Source: Nitrosomonas europaea
Lineage (GTDB): Bacteria > Pseudomonadota > Gammaproteobacteria > Burkholderiales > Nitrosomonadaceae
Length of the DNA stretch: 32,000 nt
Reading direction: 5' to 3'
Assembly: GCF_900167395.1 (NCBI RefSeq)
Contig: NZ_FUWK01000021.1
Coordinates: 1 to 32,000, forward strand
A program made the translations under genes and the position numbers. Shown one piece after another: positions 30,598-32,000 of this stretch. Position 1 is the first letter of the stretch; the number at the start of each line of letters is the position of its first letter. The notes beneath the pieces were generated by a model. The model was given only the letters and a program-made list of their open reading frames with translations, was not told the DNA's origin and searched no databases.

Positions 30598-30621
30598 TCC
30601 GGGCTCTATTTTGAGCCCGGA
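30598..30621 (-). terminator. Conserved stem-loop 3' of receptor paralog 3
   Basis: TCCGGGCTC-tatttt-GAGCCCGGA is the same hairpin as 6153..6176. The paralog homology therefore extends about 40 nt past the stop codon. Confidence 0.35.
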
Positions 30622-30637
30622 ATATCAAGCTAGAACG

Positions 30638-32000
30638 CTAAAACATCGTACTGACGGAAAATGCAACAGTTCTTGGTACGCCTAAATAAGTAGCCTCTTG
30701 CCAATAGTTCTTGCCGGTCAGATTGATGACGTTCAGACGTACGGTCAATGCTTTATCGAGTACACGGGTGGTATATCGCGTGCCTATATCGTACAAGGTA
30801 TAGCTTGGGATCTTGTCAGTATTGGCCGCATCGGCATATTTTTCACCGGTATAGTAAATACCGCCGGTCAAACTCAACCCTGGAGCCCATGGCAGCGCGT
30901 ATTCTGCATAAATCTTGCCCATCCGAGAAGCAGCATTGGTTGGTTTGTTGCCTTCAATAGCAGGATTATTGGATTTCTCCACACCGATATCCATCAAGGT
31001 ACCGCCCCCGATGATAGTCAAATTATCTGTTACCTTCCCGGTCAGGATCAGTTCCACGCCGTTATGAACATGCAAACCATCCTGGACATAAGTCGGGATT
31101 GGCGCTGCATTATTTGAATATTGATTGGCTTTTTCGATTCGGAACAGTGCAGTACTCAACAATAAATTAGGATTGATATCGTATTTTAAACCTGCTTCAT
31201 ACTGCTTGCTGACCAGTGGCGGGAGTGCTTCTCCATAATTAGCATAAGTACTACCTACTATCGTACCTTGTTCAAGCGCTTCCATATAGGAGACATAGGT
31301 GGTTACTGTTTCAATTGGTTTATACATTAATGAAACGGTGGGGGTCAGTGCAGATTTTTCATAGTCAATATCACCAAAACTACGGAATGCTTTAGTTACT
31401 GTAGTACCATAGTTAAATCCGATCATTGCAGACCACTGGTCGTTGAAGGTAATATTATCCCCAATCAGAATATTGTTATACCGGTAAGTCCAAACAGGCA
31501 ACTTTGGTTCGTTTCCAATAGCTCCTCCCCAGTTAGGTTCAGGTATGTTTTTCAGTTCATTCAATGAAAGGCTGCTCGTCCCGTTTTGACGAATGCAACA
31601 GTCATCACTCATAAGATAATCCCAAACAGTAGAAGAATAGCCCACGGTCAGCTTATGGTCGATCGTAAAAGTTGAAAATCGAGTGTCCAGGTAGATATAT
31701 CCTCCGTAATTTTCATGCTTTTCATTTGCTGTATCCGTGAGTACTTGGGTAAAAGTCTTCTCCACCTGTTCATTTAATTGTATCCGACTGGCTCTCATAT
31801 GGGTATTCTGATAGAAAAAAGCACTTCTGAGAGTGAAATATTTACTGGGATCCCAGCGCAGGCTGGTGTAGGTTTTGTGGCTTTCTACGTCGTTGGAGGC
31901 CCATTTTGGGGAGTAACGTTTACTGGTATCGATCCCAGTTCTATTCCTTACATTATTAAATGTAGGTTGTGTTGCTTCTTTTCTATAGTCGTTATAGGTA
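30638..32000 (-). CDS. TonB-dependent siderophore receptor (paralog 3). The N-terminal part lies beyond the window end.
   Basis: The track ORF 30638..31798 starts at an internal Met. By hand translation the frame stays open upstream to base 32000 (...TYNDYRKEATQPTFNNVRNRTGIDTSKRYSPKWASNDVESHKTYTSLRWDPSKYFTLRSAFFYQNTH-MRASRIQ...), colinear with paralog 2. The C-terminus VAFSVSTMF is identical to paralog 2. Confidence 0.9.
   Translation of the reverse strand, partial: TYNDYRKEATQPTFNNVRNRTGIDTSKRYSPKWASNDVESHKTYTSLRWDPSKYFTLRSAFFYQNTHMRASRIQLNEQVEKTFTQVLTDTANEKHENYGGYIYLDTRFSTFTIDHKLTVGYSSTVWDYLMSDDCCIRQNGTSSLSLNELKNIPEPNWGGAIGNEPKLPVWTYRYNNILIGDNITFNDQWSAMIGFNYGTTVTKAFRSFGDIDYEKSALTPTVSLMYKPIETVTTYVSYMEALEQGTIVGSTYANYGEALPPLVSKQYEAGLKYDINPNLLLSTALFRIEKANQYSNNAAPIPTYVQDGLHVHNGVELILTGKVTDNLTIIGGGTLMDIGVEKSNNPAIEGNKPTNAASRMGKIYAEYALPWAPGLSLTGGIYYTGEKYADAANTDKIPSYTLYDIGTRYTTRVLDKALTVRLNVINLTGKNYWQEATYLGVPRTVAFSVSTMF

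Noticed and set aside
30585-30640. GTTAGGG near the receptor 3' hairpin, considered as an integron attC core (GTTRRRY) because of the many TA cassettes
   Set aside because: The last base does not fit the core. No inverse core at a suitable distance and no intI gene were seen in the window.
1-32000. Looked for rRNA, tRNA, CRISPR arrays, intact IS transposases and phage genes
   Set aside because: I saw no regularly spaced direct repeats, no tRNA-like cloverleaf segments and no long ORFs with transposase or phage hallmarks. A tRNAscan or CRISPR finder run would confirm this.

Overview
This 32-kb window is an iron-acquisition island, about 50% GC by eye. All genes are on the minus strand except one decayed TA pair.

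Gene order read along the minus strand (32000 to 1):
- TonB-dependent receptor (TBDR) paralog 3; its N-terminus lies beyond the window end
- hairpin and repeat cluster
- parD-like / parE (nonsense) TA
- Fur box, then an STN-less TBDR (29059..26864)
- STN-type TBDR (26740..24287)
- STN-type TBDR (24084..21583)
- fecI/fecR pair 3
- PepSY-TM (FoxB/PiuB-like) protein plus a DUF3325-like protein
- MacA/MacB/NodT-type exporter (PvdRT-OpmQ-like)
- fecI/fecR pair 2
- ccdA | 140-bp MITE-like element | ccdB
- mntA-hepT
- decayed serine recombinase
- STN-type TBDR paralog 2 (8655..6193)
- fecI/fecR pair 1
- relE/higB-like toxin plus HTH antitoxin
- fecR 3' fragment
- phd-type antitoxin plus vapC (nonsense), on the plus strand
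- second short fecR fragment
- vapBC
- STN-type TBDR paralog 1 (1630..1); its C-terminus lies beyond the window start

Totals: six TBDR genes, three ECF sigma/anti-sigma pairs and six toxin-antitoxin modules. I saw no rRNA, tRNA, CRISPR array or intact transposase.

I did not find a convincing, entirely new multigene system of unknown function. The most unusual observations are architectural:
1. Serial [fecR 3' end + TA module] units fill the gap between an anti-sigma gene and its presumptive receptor.
2. A MITE-like element sits exactly between ccdA and ccdB and supplies a GGAGG upstream of ccdB.
3. 48-bp hairpin direct repeats bracket a 1.9-kb TA/recombinase islet.
4. The receptor paralogs are mosaic: plug and barrel are nearly identical, but the STN signalling domains are divergent.
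5. A shared GTGA-N14-TCGA motif lies upstream of three STN-type receptors.

The many fecIR-receptor sets at about 50% GC resemble Nitrosomonas-type betaproteobacteria, but that is only an impression. All identities quoted are hand counts.
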